Source of the DNA: Chiloscyllium plagiosum
Lineage: Eukaryota
Length of the DNA stretch: 64,000 bases
Reading direction: 5' to 3'
Assembly: GCF_004010195.1 (NCBI RefSeq)
Contig: NW_025215356.1
Coordinates: 1 to 64,000 of the forward strand
Under the pieces are notes generated by a model. The model ran no database searches and was not told where the DNA came from. It saw only the letters and a program-made list of their open reading frames with translations. The position numbers and the translations under genes are program-made. Below, piece after piece: positions 12,790 to 25,029 of this stretch (position 1 is the first letter of the stretch; each line of letters begins with the position of its first letter).

Positions 12790-13568
12790 TGAATTCCACA
12801 TTTATTCCCTTCAAAACTGCGTTACATTTCAGTCTCTCCCAGAAGGTTCAGTGGCTCATCAGTGGGATGGAGAGCACACACATTGTGAATAGTAATGTGC
12901 AACATCTGCTTACAGAGTGAATGAACCAGGGTCTTTTCCTATCCAGAATGAGATGGGGTGTTTGTAAAGGTCCTGCTTAATAGGACTTGTGTGGGCAGTA
13001 TCTAATGAAGTAGCAGGATGGTCTGGGAGGTAAGTGCATGAACTGGAGGTATTAAACTTTAATGCAAGAGATGAGCTACAGTAAAAGAAACAAATGAGGG
13101 ACTACAATATTAAGTAGATGCAAACAGAGCAGCCTTGATAGATATGATCTAAGATGAGGAGAGTAAAATTAAGCCATTTGGCCCATCGAGTTTGCTCTGC
13201 CATTCAATTATGGCTGATGTTTCTTAACTGTATTCTCCTGCCTTCCCCCCCATAACCCTTGATCCCTTTACTAATCAAGATCCTACCGATCTCTGTCTTA
13301 AAGACACTCAATGACTTGGCTTCACATCCTTCTGCGGCAATGAGTTCTACAGATTCACCACCCTCTGAAGGGTGCAGAAATTCTTCATCTCAGTTCTCAC
13401 CCCATCTCATTCTGGATAGGAAAAGACCCTGGTTCATTCACTCTGTAAGCAGATGTCGCACATTACTATTCACAATGTGTGTGCTCTCCATCCCACTGAT
13501 GAGCCACTGAACCTTCTGGGAGAGACTGAAATGTAACGCAGTTTTGAAGGGAATAAATGTGGAATTCA
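12790..13568. repeat. 171-bp inverted duplication (12790-12960 / 13398-13568)
   Basis: Direct comparison shows the two segments are reverse complements with one mismatch. Confidence 0.95.
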
Positions 13569-14820
13569 TCCTTCATTCTGACACTGTGCCCTCAGAACTT
13601 AGTCTCTCCTACCAGACACTATCCAGGTTTCGCAGTATTCCCAGAGTTCCAGTGAGATCCCTTCCCATTCTAATTTCCATCATGTACAGATCCAGAGTCT
13701 TCTTCAACTGCTCCTTGTATGACAAGCCCTTCATCCTCAGGATCATTCTTGTAAACTTTTTCTGGAACCCCTCCAAGGCCAGCATATCCTTCCTTAGATA
13801 TGGGAGCTGAAACTGATCACAATACTCCAAATGTGGTCTGACCAGAGCTTTATACAATCTCAGTTGTATATCTCTGCTTTAGTATTCTTGAAATGAATGC
13901 TAACATTGCATTTGCTTTCCTAACTGCCAACTGAACCTGCATGTTAACCTTAAGAATCCTGAACTAGGAGTCCCAAGTCCCTTTGTCCATTCAGAAAATA
14001 AGTCTATGTGGGCAGCACAGTGGCACACAGTGGTTAGCACTGCTACCTCACAGCGCCTGAGACCCGGGTTCAATTCCCACCTCAGGTGACTGACTGTGTG
14101 GAGTTTGCACATTCTCCCCGTGTCTGCGTGGGTTTCCTCCGGGTGCTCCGGTTTCCTCCCACAGTCCAAAACATTTGCAGGTTAGGTGAATTGGCCATGC
14201 TAAATTGCCCATAGTGTTAGGTTAAGGGGTAAATGTAGGGGAATGGGTCTGGGTGGGTTGTGCTTCAGTGGGTCGGTGTGGACTTGTTGGGCTGAAGGGC
14301 CTGTTTCCACACTAAGTAATTTAATGTAATTCTATTCTTCCAAAGTGCATAACCTCCCACTTTCCCACATTGGGATACAATCTGCCATTTCTTTGCCCAC
14401 TCTCCACACTGTCCAAGTCCTTCCGCAATACTATCTGTTGTGTCATCTGCAAACTTAGCAACAACGTCTCTTCATCCAGATTGCAGAACTCCCCTAGTTA
14501 CCATCTTGAAAACGATCCCTTTTATCGCTGCTCTCTGCCTTCTGCCAGTCAGCCAATCCTCTATCCATGCCAGTAACTTCCCCCTAACAACATGAGCTCT
14601 TATCTTATTTAGCAGCCTCCTGTCACCTTGTCAAAGGCCTTCTGGAAATCCAAATGGATCATTGGCTCTCCTTTCTCTAACTTGATCATTACCTCCTCAA
14701 AGAATTCTAACAGTTTTGTCAGGCATGACCACCCCTTGCTGAAGCTGTGCTGACTTGGGTCTATTTTACCATGCACCTCCAAGTACTCCACAATCTGATC
14801 CTTAATGAACTCTAACTCTA
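13165..14820 (-). mobile_element. CR1-type LINE fragment (RT region to 3' end), interrupted
   Basis: ORFs 13609..13857 (YKALVRPHLEYC) and 14609..14935 (LDFQKAFDKV). Confidence 0.88.
14008..14330 (+). mobile_element. HE1 SINE
   Basis: Full tRNA head, V-core and CR1-derived tail. Confidence 0.92.
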
Positions 14821-14994
14821 ACAATGAGTGAAATGCAACTTCAGGAGAGAGAAGGGAAACAAAAGGAAGAAAAAAAATAATTTTTATGCAATAAGTGGTG
14901 GAGACAGGTACAGTTACAACATTTAAAAAAAACATTTGGACAGGTACACAAATAGGAAAGGTTTAAGGAGGATATGAACCAAATGGGACTAGTT

Positions 14995-15610
14995 TACATA
15001 GAACATAGAAGAATACAGCGCAGTACAGGCCCTTTGGCCCTCGATGTTGCGTCGATCCAAGCCCACCTAACCTATACTAACCCACTATCCTCCATATACC
15101 TATCCAATGCCCGCTTAAATGCCCATAAAGAGGGAGAGTCCACCACTGCTACTGGCAGGGCATTCCATGAACTTACGACACGCTGAGTGAAGAACCTACC
15201 CCTAAATTCAGTCCTATATCTACCCCCCTTAATTTAAAGCTATAAACTGTAAGGAAGCTGCACGTGTTTTCTGATATTTCTCACATTGACATAATTTGAC
15301 AAGCTATTACAGTTCACTCTTATAACCCTTGTGAATATACTCTTCTGAAACCCATCGATTCCTGCCTTAAGCTGCTCAATGATTGACATTCCACACCATA
15401 CACTCACAGGAGCATAGAATCTGTGCCAACAGAATCTGACCATTAGCCCAGTACCCCATCTTTTTGTTATTGTTCCCAAAGTGAATCACCTCACACTTAG
15501 CTACATTGAATTCCATTTGCCACCTTTCTGCCCAGCTCTGCAGCTTCTCTATATCCTGCTGTAACCTGCCACATCCTTCCTCACTGTCAACAACTCCTCC
15601 GACTTTCGTT
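14995..15610 (-). mobile_element. CR1 fragments (3' end and RT C-terminus)
   Basis: ORF 15376..15660 contains LQQDIEKLQSWAERWQMEFNVAKCEVIHFG. CR1 3' UTR at ~14995-15245. Confidence 0.8.
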
Positions 15611-16404
15611 TGGGATGCTTGGACAGCATGGGAGTATTGGACCGAGGGGTCTGGTTTCATGCTATATGACTATAATACAATGCATGAAATTCAGTTTCTC
15701 TTGCTATGAAGACTGGGGTCCATCATTGAGATCTGGCGCCACTGTGTGGTCAAAATCTAAACTTGTGTCTGCACATTTCACAGTCTTCTTGCATTACAAG
15801 CTTCACAATGCTCATTTAGATATACATAGAATGGTGCATAATTCACAGAGATGGAGTAATGTAACTGCACTCAGATAGAGTACTAAGGCACAAAATGAGG
15901 ACACTCCACGCAAACGGCTTCTGGTGGAACAATCCAAGTCATTCCTCTCCCCTACCCTCCTTTTTGTTCTCCTCCCAGTATTTATTTAATTCATGCCTGA
16001 AAGGAACTATTAAAGTATTCTTCCGAATAATATAGAAGCAAAATTAAAGGGTAACAGCCTTACAATGTCAGTTTTTATTTTTAAACACAAAATATTTCAA
16101 GACATAATTTAATTTTTGACATCTCCAATAGAGATGTTTTTGTTTCTTTACTTGTTCCATAACCATCCCCTTTTTGCCTTGCACTGTCATCCTTGCCTTG
16201 CACTGTCCTTTAATTACTCCATTTTTCTACACCACACCCTTTCCATTTCCTTCTTTCCTGATAATTCTACGTATTTCCCCCCCCCCCCACCCACTTCCTC
16301 CACTCCCCCTTTTGCTAAACTGGTCCTCAACTTGCTTCTAAACAGGTAATACTCTCACCTACTTCTAATGAGAGGTTTTCAACCCGAACCATATCTTTCT
16401 CCAC

Positions 16405-17913
16405 ATGGGATTAGGATATCATAGCAATTACAGTAACATGGCTCAGGGATGGACAGGACTGGCAGCTTAATGTTCCAGGATACAAACGCTAGAGGAAGGT
16501 TAGAAAGGGTGTCAAGAGGAGGGTGGGGGTGGGGGGGGGGGGGGGGGGTTTGATAAGGGATAGCATTACGACAGCACTTCGGTTGAATATTCCTGGGAAT
16601 ACATCCAGAGATGTTATTTGGGTGCCTTGAGAGATAAGAAAGAGGTGGTCATCTTATTGGGATTGTATTATAGACCCCCTAATAGTCAGCAAGAAATTGA
16701 GAAACAAATCTGTAAGGAGATCTCAGCTATCTGTAAGAATAATAGGGTAGTTATGGTCGGGCTTTTTAACTTTCCAAACATAGACTGGGACTGCCATAGT
16801 GTTATGGGTTTAGATGGAGAGGAATATGTTAAGTGTGTACAAGAAAAGTTTCTGATTCAGTATGTGAAAGTACCTACTAGAAAAGGTGCAAAACTTGACC
16901 TACTTTTGGGAAATCAGGCAGGGTAGGTGACTGAGGTGTCAGTGGGGGAGCACTTTGGGGCCAGTGACCATAATTCTATTAGTTTAAAAGTAGTGATGGA
17001 AAAAGATAGAACTTCAACTTTTAGATCCAGTCTAATTGGAAGGCCAATTTTGACAGTATTAGGAAAGAACTTTCAAAAATTGATTGGGGGCATATGTTCA
17101 CAGGTAAAGGGACGGTGGGAAAATGGGAAGCCTTCAAAAATGAGTCCAGAGACAGTATATTCCTGTTAGGGTGAAAGGAAAGGCTGGTAAGGCGTAGGGA
17201 GCGCTGGATGACTACAGAAATTGAGGTTTTAAGAAAAAGAAGCAAGCATATGTCAGGTATAGACAGCAGAGATTGAGTGAATCCTTAGAAGGGTATAAAG
17301 ACAGTAGAAGTATACTTAAGAAGGAAATCCGAGGGCAAAAAGGGGACATGAGATAGCTTTGACAAATAGGGTTAAGGAGAATCCAAATGCATTAAGGACA
17401 GAAGGGGAACTAAGAAGAGTAGAGGACCCCTCAAAGATCAGTAAGGCAGCCTGTGTGTGAAATGCAGGAGATGGGGGAGATAATAAATGAGTATTTTGCA
17501 TCAGTGTTTACTGTGGAGCAGGACAAGAAAGATATAGAATGTGGGGTAATAGATAATGACATCTTGAAAAATGTCCATATTACAGAGGTGGTGGTGCTGG
17601 ATGTCTTAAAACACATAAAAGTGGATCAGGTGTACCCTAGAACTCTGTGGGAAGCTAGGGAAGTGAGGGTTGGGCCCCTTGCTGAAATATTTGTATCATC
17701 CATAGTGACAGGTGAGGTGCCAGAAGACTGAAGGTTGGCTAACGTGGTGCCACTATTTAAGAAAGGTGTTAAAGAAAAGCCAAGGAACTATCGACCCGAT
17801 GAGTCTGACATTGGTGGAGGAAGAGTTGTTGGAGGGAATCCTGGGGGACAGGATTTACATGTAAATGGAAAGGTAAGGATGATTAGGGGTAGTCACCATG
17901 GCTTTGTGCGTGG
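16405..17913 (+). mobile_element. CR1 LINE ORF2 fragment (AP endonuclease to RT N-terminus), frameshifted
   Basis: GLYYRPPN, FNFPNIDW, LDLLL, SDHN and ANVVPLFKKG..NYRP motifs. Confidence 0.92.
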
Positions 17914-18515
17914 GTACTCCCCACAAGGAAAAGACCTTGTCTATTTACCCTATCCATGCCCCTCTTGATTTTATAAACCTCGAAGTTCACCCCTCTGCCT
18001 CTGACACTCTCGGGAAACAGCCCTAGTCTGTTCAGCCTCTCCCTATAGCTCAAATCCTCCAAATCTGGCAACATCCTTGTAAATCTTTTCTGAACATCCT
18101 TCCTATAACAAGACGACCAGAATTGTACTCAGTATTTCAAAAGTTGCCTAACAAATGTCTTGTACAGCTGCATTATGACTTCCCAACTCCTATACTCAAT
18201 GCATTGACCAATAAAGGAAAGCACACCAAATCTATCATATCTACCTGCAACTGCACTTTGAAGTAACTATGCACCCGCACTCCAAGACCTCTGTTCAGCA
18301 ACACTTCCCAGGACCTTACCATTAAGTGTATAAGCCCTGCCCTGATTTGCCTTTCCAAAAAGTAGAACCTCCCATTTCTCTAAATTAAACTCCATCTTCC
18401 ACTCCTTGGCCCATCTGATCAAGATCCCTTCGTACACTGAGGTAACTTTCTTTGCTTTCCACTCCACCACTAATTTTGGTGTCATCTGCAAACATACTAG
18501 CCATATCTCCTATAT
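17914..18515 (-). mobile_element. CR1 LINE RT C-terminal fragment, convergent with the preceding fragment
   Basis: WAKEWKMEFN and LSYRERLNRLGLF motifs on the minus strand. Confidence 0.88.
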
Positions 18516-20458
18516 ACGCACTGAAACGTGACTCCAAACCCACAAATGTGGCTGACTTTTAACTGTCCTTTGAAATGACTTAGCAAGCCACTTAGCTTAA
18601 GGGTATTAAGGATGGGCAACAAATGGTCTTTCAAGAGACACCAACATCCCATAAAATAACAGAAAATCTTTCATTGCTGAGGTAGTAAAACCACTCCTGA
18701 AATCACTTCATGACCCAGAACCTCCCTATCTCTTGCGTCCTTGAGCCCTACAATCCTCTCTACTTTCAGCGAACTCGGCCCTTAATTCAAATTCCCTTCC
18801 TGAACACTCTGCCTCCCTTCCTTTTAACTTGCTTCTTAAAACCTCTCTCTTTGATAGACCTTTGGGTCATTTGTCCTACTATCACTTGTGACGGCTCCAT
18901 GTAAAATATTACTTGATAACGCTTCCCTGCAGCTGGTTGGGGTGTTTTACTACATTCAAGGTGCTGCATAAATGCAAGCTGTTATTTTCTCAGCTCTCAT
19001 GATCAATGAGTGTTAAAACACTACCATTCAGCTCCAGAACGTTTAGTTTCCAACATAAAGTACACTGCACATATTTGTCAGAATGAAATGTAGCCTCTCC
19101 GATCAGAGCTGAATGTCAGGCAGAGAGCTTATTAATATTTATATATGATTTTCAGGAGAGTAAGGAATACTTCATTCTAGATGCCTGTATGTCAATGTAA
19201 AGTGCGATTACTCCACAGTATTTTATTATACTCTGATAAGGAAGGTAAACAGATTGGTCACATCAAACCCCATACATTACCTCATCCCCTTTCAGGCCCT
19301 CACAGGAACGCAAGAAAAAAAAAGCCCCTTGCTCCAACATGCAACAGAACTGTAAATGATTGACAACTACATTTACCTAACCGCTCCCATATCCTTTGAT
19401 TCCCAAGAGACCAAATATCTGTGTCCCAATATTTGGGACAATAATGAACTCTCAATTAATGCTTGTAATTAGATTCACTTTTTGACTCTGACACCACTAG
19501 CTCTCACCAAACTGGCTATGTTTGGGTCCACAGCAACAGTAACTACGTTGTAGAAAGTAATTCCCTGACTGACACTTTGGAATATCCTGACAAAGTGAAG
19601 GGCCACAAGGTTATGTTATTGAACTAGTAATCCAAAGACCTGGCAGTACGCACATTGAATTCTGTTAATTAAACACACCTAAAATTTTAGACAGGAATAG
19701 CATGAGTGACGGTGATTGTAGGGCTAGCCGACCTTTGTAAAAGTCCAGATGATTCACTGGCATCCATTCGGGAAGGAAGCCTGAATCATGACCTATAAGC
19801 ATCAACATCAATGTGGCTAGCTTGGAACTGACCTTCTCAGCCACTATAGCAACTCACCACCACTTTCCCAAAACTAATCAAGATGGGCAATAAATGCACA
19901 CTTCCCATAAATGAATAACAATCTACAAAAATCAAGCTCTTTATTGAGATGAAAAACATTTATGCTCTCTCCAGTTCAGATTTTCCAAAGTACAACTAAT
20001 CGACTTCTACAATCCCTACAAATCTTAGAATAAAATTGGCAGGGAAGGACACTGAAATAAACAGCACCAAAGTGTAACACTTAGCTTGATTTGAGGAGAA
20101 AGGGATTGAGGAGCCCAGTTAGAAGGCAGTTAAAATGGGGAAGCAGAGTTCAGTTAAAGCAGTCAGGTTGGTGGGGCTTATTGCACTTTCCTTGTGCCTT
20201 AACCTCTGAGGTGCGTTGGCTAGATTTGGTGCTCAGAAGTAGGGTTTCAACCCACAAATTTCTGACCGAGGGTCAATAGCATTACTGGCTACATCTGATA
20301 GTGCTTCATGATAATGACAAGATGTTCTCTTTTAAAAGAGAACTTTAACATAATTACAGAAGTAATCCAGTTAGTGTTTTCATAAGTTTTTAGTTAGTAC
20401 TTTGGTGCACAAAAGCAGGCAACGATTAATAATAAGCCTCAAAAAGAAACAGTCTTAC

Positions 20459-20648
20459 TTTTCATTGTTCCATCCTCTTCGTCCTCTCCACTGTTGATCA
20501 CCATGGTCCCCATCTGAGAGTCCAGCGTCGAGCTGTCATGCTCAATCATTGTCCGTGCACCTTCACTCATTGTGCTGGCCGCTCTCATGGTCCCAGTGTC
20601 CTCTGCACTTGCTCGAACCATGGTGCCCGAGTCAACATCGTCCTCTTC
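20459..20648 (-). CDS. STK4: STK4 exon (exon 9 equivalent), linker/autoinhibitory region EEDDVDSGTMVRASAEDTGTMRAASTMSEGARTMIEHDSSTLDSQMGTMVINSGEDEEDGTMK
   Basis: Acceptor tttgacacag|GAA, donor A|GTAAGA. 190 nt, phase 0-1. Contains the caspase-site homolog DDVD/S and repeated TM motifs. Confidence 0.95.
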
Positions 20649-20694
20649 CTGTGTCAAATATACAAAAAGCAGCTTGATATTGAAATCATAATTG

Positions 20695-21297
20695 TGTTAT
20701 TGTCCAGACCAAACCCTTCAAACTTTTTTTAGAAGATAGGAAATGATTAGGCTGTAGACTATTTTAAAGTTAAGTGTAAGGCATTGAATTCCAGATATTG
20801 GTCAAACTACTTGACGTTAAGTAAAACGCACTTTATTCATACACTATAGATAAAATATAACAAAATAAAGAAGAAATTGAAATAACCTATCACAAATTTT
20901 AACAGAATAATAAATTATTTAACAATTAAATAGTAACTGATCTAATACAGTAACATCCAATAAACTCACCCATGGAAAAGGCAAATTCAACAAAATAGAT
21001 TGTCTCACAGACAATTCTCCAGTCCAAGAGGAAAATAAAACAGGAGAAAACTGAGAAAAAAAGAGTAGCAGGGAGCTTCAGGACCCCAGCAACAACTGAA
21101 AAACTAAAACCCTCGTTCTGAGAGAGCTTACCCGCCCATTCAGGCTGCTTCTATGGTTCCAACTTTAAAGAAAAAAAAACAAGGTCTCACAAACACAAGG
21201 CTCTGAGTAGACTGCTTGGCACCTCTCTCTCTCAACCTTACTTCATAAAAAAAAACCCAGGACAAAATGCACCTCTTAAACTCACAGTATTGTCACA
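20695..21297 (-). mobile_element. Solo LTR (603 bp, 4-bp TSD, Gypsy-like)
   Basis: TGT...ACA termini. ATTG at 20691-20694 and 21298-21301. Minus-strand AATAAA at 20832-20837. Confidence 0.75.
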
Positions 21298-21382
21298 ATT
21301 GCATTGTTAACCATATCTAAATTATTTATTTGGAGGCAGGTGGTGGGCATTAATCAGGGTTCCATATACAATGGCTCAAGGT

Positions 21383-21500
21383 GGACTCTTGTAGTCCAGT
21401 AGTAGTGTCCCTACCTCAGAGCCAGCAGGCTTGAGTTTTGTCTCACCTGCTTCAGGGGTGTGTGAATATATCTCTGAACAAGTTAATTATAAAATATCCA
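21383..21500 (+). mobile_element. Short tRNA-derived SINE monomer (same family as the 47948-48702 array)
   Basis: gactcttgtagtccagtagtagtgtccctacctcagagccagc...ctctgaacaagttaattataaaata. Confidence 0.65.
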
Positions 21501-23082
21501 CAGAGGGCCAGGTATTGAAAATTGTGGTGCGGTTAAGTTCAGAGACATATGCTTGTGATGTTTAATTCTGCAAATACATGTCAGACTCAACAAATATTGG
21601 TCTTTCATTCAGTAGCTATCTGGGCAACAGCATGAAACATCCTGACCATGAACTTAAGAGAACATAAACAGGAAAAACAATCAGACAATATTATATGTGT
21701 ACACCATCCTAATGCTGAAGCCTTCTCAGACAGACAAAAAAATTCCTAACTAAATTCAATTTTGTTCGTTCTTAATAGTCTAAATGCGACTGGCCACAGT
21801 TGACTGCAAAGATTGGAGAAATTCAATGTATTCTCTTTATAGCAGTACAAGTCAAATGGAAATTTAATAAATTTTCAATATTTTGAGGGGAGAAAAGGGG
21901 ACAATGATGTCAACTGGCAGTGGATTGGTGACCTGTGGGCACAGGATTAATCGGGAAAAAAAAAAGGAAAAACACGGGGATTTTTTTTTTTAGAAAACAT
22001 AAGCCATTTTGATCTGAAATATGCTACCTGAAAAAGTTGAGAAAGCAGATTCATTAGGAACTTTCTGAAGGCAATTGGCTAAATACTCAAAATGGAGAGA
22101 ATGCAGAGGATTGAATTTAATTTGATAGCACTTTCAAAGAGCTAGCATAGGCATGATGGACCAATCAGCCCTCTTTTGTGCTGTATCAGTCTACAGTTCT
22201 TGAAAATGAACGTAGTTTTGTTGTAATATTGAATAATAATACATTAGGAAATAGAATTAAAGTTACGAGGAAAGTAAATTAATATCGATATCTAGCAATC
22301 AAAAGAAAATATTATTGTAACCCCTCCCCCCATAAAAATACCACCTAGATGAACCATCCAAGACTGCTTTTTTCATAACCATATATTCAATATCATGACC
22401 ACAAATAAAAATTGTGGAAATGAACATTAAACTTTAATTCCTCATCACAACTTGATGTTCGATAGAGACATTAGCAAAGAAACAATAGTTTGAGTTAATA
22501 GGATCTAAGTCACATGCATTACCATTCACTACAAAATGCAAAGGCAAAACAATTTGTGAAATTAGTCTGAGCAGTTTGAACTGAAAGTTCAAACTCAGTA
22601 GACCACAGATGAGTGGTGTTGAAAATGATAAATATTACACTGGTGGGGAGGCAGCATTAATGGGGAACCTCTTTCTCTGGCTAAGTAAGTATTCTATGTC
22701 TGATGAAAGAGTACTAGATGCTGGCACATGGTATATAAAATGGAAAGCACTCATTCTCTAGCACTGCTATTTCACCTTGGCAAGTGAAGGTTCGCTCACA
22801 CACACCACTGTCAATATGCATGCACACATTTGCACAAAACCAAATCCAAACACACCAAACAACAGCAATATTAATATACAGCTGAACTGCTGCATGGCAA
22901 AAATAATTTATTGTGCAAAGTGCTTCAAGATGATTTGACAATATACAAAAACAATGCATTATCACACATATTTCTTGCACAACATTCCTTCCTTCAAAAA
23001 CCAACATGCAACTTTCATTTTTAAAAGCACTGTAAAACTTCATGCAAAGCTTCACACAAGACAACCAACAGGCTATCCTCAC

Positions 23083-23136
23083 CTCCATCTTATGCCTATT
23101 TTTACTCAGTAACACAAATTTTCTATACACTGGTCT
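23083..23136 (-). CDS. STK4: Candidate alternative 54-nt cassette exon of STK4 (RPVYRKFVLLSKNRHKME)
   Basis: Acceptor ttcttcttttgtctag|AGA with upstream cttaat branch-like motif, donor GAG|GTGAGG. Stop-free in phase 0, matching exons 8 and 9. Three TGCATG motifs within ~270 nt downstream. No transcript evidence available. Confidence 0.45.
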
Positions 23137-24900
23137 CTAGACAAAAGAAGAATTACAAACTCATTAAGCAAAAGCAACCAGAATAACAGCTAACACAAAT
23201 ATGTCCACAAGAGAACAGTCTGGGTGATCTAGCCAGACCTTTAAGATTACATGTGGAGACCTGTCTTCAGTTCTGGGAGTCAAACTACATTATTGATCTG
23301 GAGGGGCAAAGTGTAAATCTGTTAGGAGCATTTTTTTTTTGAGTACAGGATATCATGGAGCCCTCAAATCCAAGTGTTTAGGATGAAAGGATTTAATCAA
23401 ATAGGTAGGGAGAAACCATTTACTTTGATGGGTTGGAGACAGGGTGTGGTTGGGGGTGCGACGGGGGAGGGGAGGAATAGCCTTACATTTGGAGCTGGCA
23501 GTAGAAGTCTGGAACTCTTCAATTTGCCTGAGTCTGGGGGGGTAGATTAGAGGCTGGGGGAATCCAACTGAAAATTTTGACATTGTGATCAATAGATTTT
23601 TGAGAGGCATGGGATAATAATGGACATGGAACCAGGCCAAGCAGAAATAGCTAAGATCATCAGCCATGATTAGAATAAATGGTGGAAGAGGATCAAGAGG
23701 CTAAGTGGTGTCTTCCTGTCTGAGACTGCTTCCTGGGTTCTATTCTTCCTCCAGTTTAAAATGGAATTACTGCATAATAAGATATCTTTTGGCTCCTGGA
23801 TACCGACGTTGTCCATTTCTGCGAATCTCCAAGGCTATTTGAGCAATATCAAGTATTGGGTAGGGCCGTCATTTACATTTAATGGGAGCTTGCATTTAAG
23901 ACTAGACTCTGGATCAGGTTCTGAGGTTGCCTGACACCATGAACAGCCAAAGATAATTCAAACATAGTCAAGAGTAAATATTATAGTACTGGGAGACTGG
24001 ATCTACTCAGGAGGAAACTTGGGCATCCAGCAAATATCTCATGCAGCTCATTGATCACACTAGCTTCCAGCTAAGCAACACCTTAAAAACCCATCTTGCT
24101 TTCAAATCCTTCCATGACTTCATCTCTCAACCTCAAATCTTCTGCAACTCGATAATCCTCCAAAGATACCTGTACTACTCCAACTTTGGTCCCTGAGCAT
24201 CCCCAAATTAAAATGCTCCACCACTGTTGGTTATGTTTCCAGATGCTAAAGCCCAAAATTCCAAAACTCAATTCTTAAAACACTATCTCCCTTTTCTTCA
24301 AGATGCTCCTTTTTTGGTCATCTATTCTGACATCTCCTTATGCGGTTCTGTGTTAACTTCCGCTTGAAACACTCAAAAGTGCTCATAGATCCTTTCCTGT
24401 TGTAGACATTATAGAAATTCAAAGGTGCTGTTTTGTCCATTACTACTAGCTAACTGGGGCATATCCTATGACAAACAGTGCTCACCATGGATTAATTATC
24501 AGATAGGAGGAGGGGTGGATATTCAACTCCTCAAGCTTGATCTAACATTCAAAGTAGACCATGGCTGATCACTTATCTATCTTGGTTCCAAGTACGATAT
24601 TTCTTTGAAAAAGCAAGAAAAATATCACATTGGTGGATCCCACTGATGCTACAAGAGCCACCAAGTGATCCTTGCATTACAGTCTCATGATTTGTTGTAC
24701 TATACCACTAACAAATGCCTGATTTGCTTTTAAAACTAACCATTAGTCCAACCCCCTCAAGTGCAAGATTAAAATTCTGGCATGTGGCTCAAACTCTCAC
24801 CTTCTGACCAAAGGCAAGAGTACTACTCACTGAAACAAGCTGACCACTTTTAGTACAACTCGAGCAAAGATGAATCAATAGAAATCTGGCAGAGACTTAC

Positions 24901-25029
24901 CGAGTTCTCCTCATCGTCCTGATCCAAGTCTCGCTGTTGCTCCTCTTGACGCTTGAGCTTAATTTCCATCATATCATTGATGAGATCCCGCAGTATTGAC
25001 ACAGGTTTGGCACTTTTAATGAAGGGATG
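24901..25029 (-). CDS. STK4: STK4 exon (exon 8 equivalent), HPFIKSAKPVSILRDLINDMMEIKLKRQEEQQRDLDQDDEENS
   Basis: Acceptor ccttccag|CAT, donor TCG|GTAAGT. 129 nt, phase 0-0. Confidence 0.96.

Noticed and set aside
14008..14090. tRNA-like sequences with A/B boxes
   Set aside because: These are SINE heads continuing into the V-core, not tRNA genes.
16520..16548. Long poly-G run / G-quadruplex
   Set aside because: Homopolymer expansion inside a dead CR1 copy, with unreliable length.
1..20458. Search for exon 10 (PSFLEYF...WKIPQDGD) and the SARAH exon
   Set aside because: No matching sequence found by eye. They probably lie beyond the left edge, though a miss cannot be excluded without tBLASTn.
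22573..22595. 10-bp perfect hairpin agtttgaact-gaa-agttcaaact
   Set aside because: Too short for a pre-miRNA and plausible by chance. Relevant only if conserved together with the candidate exon.
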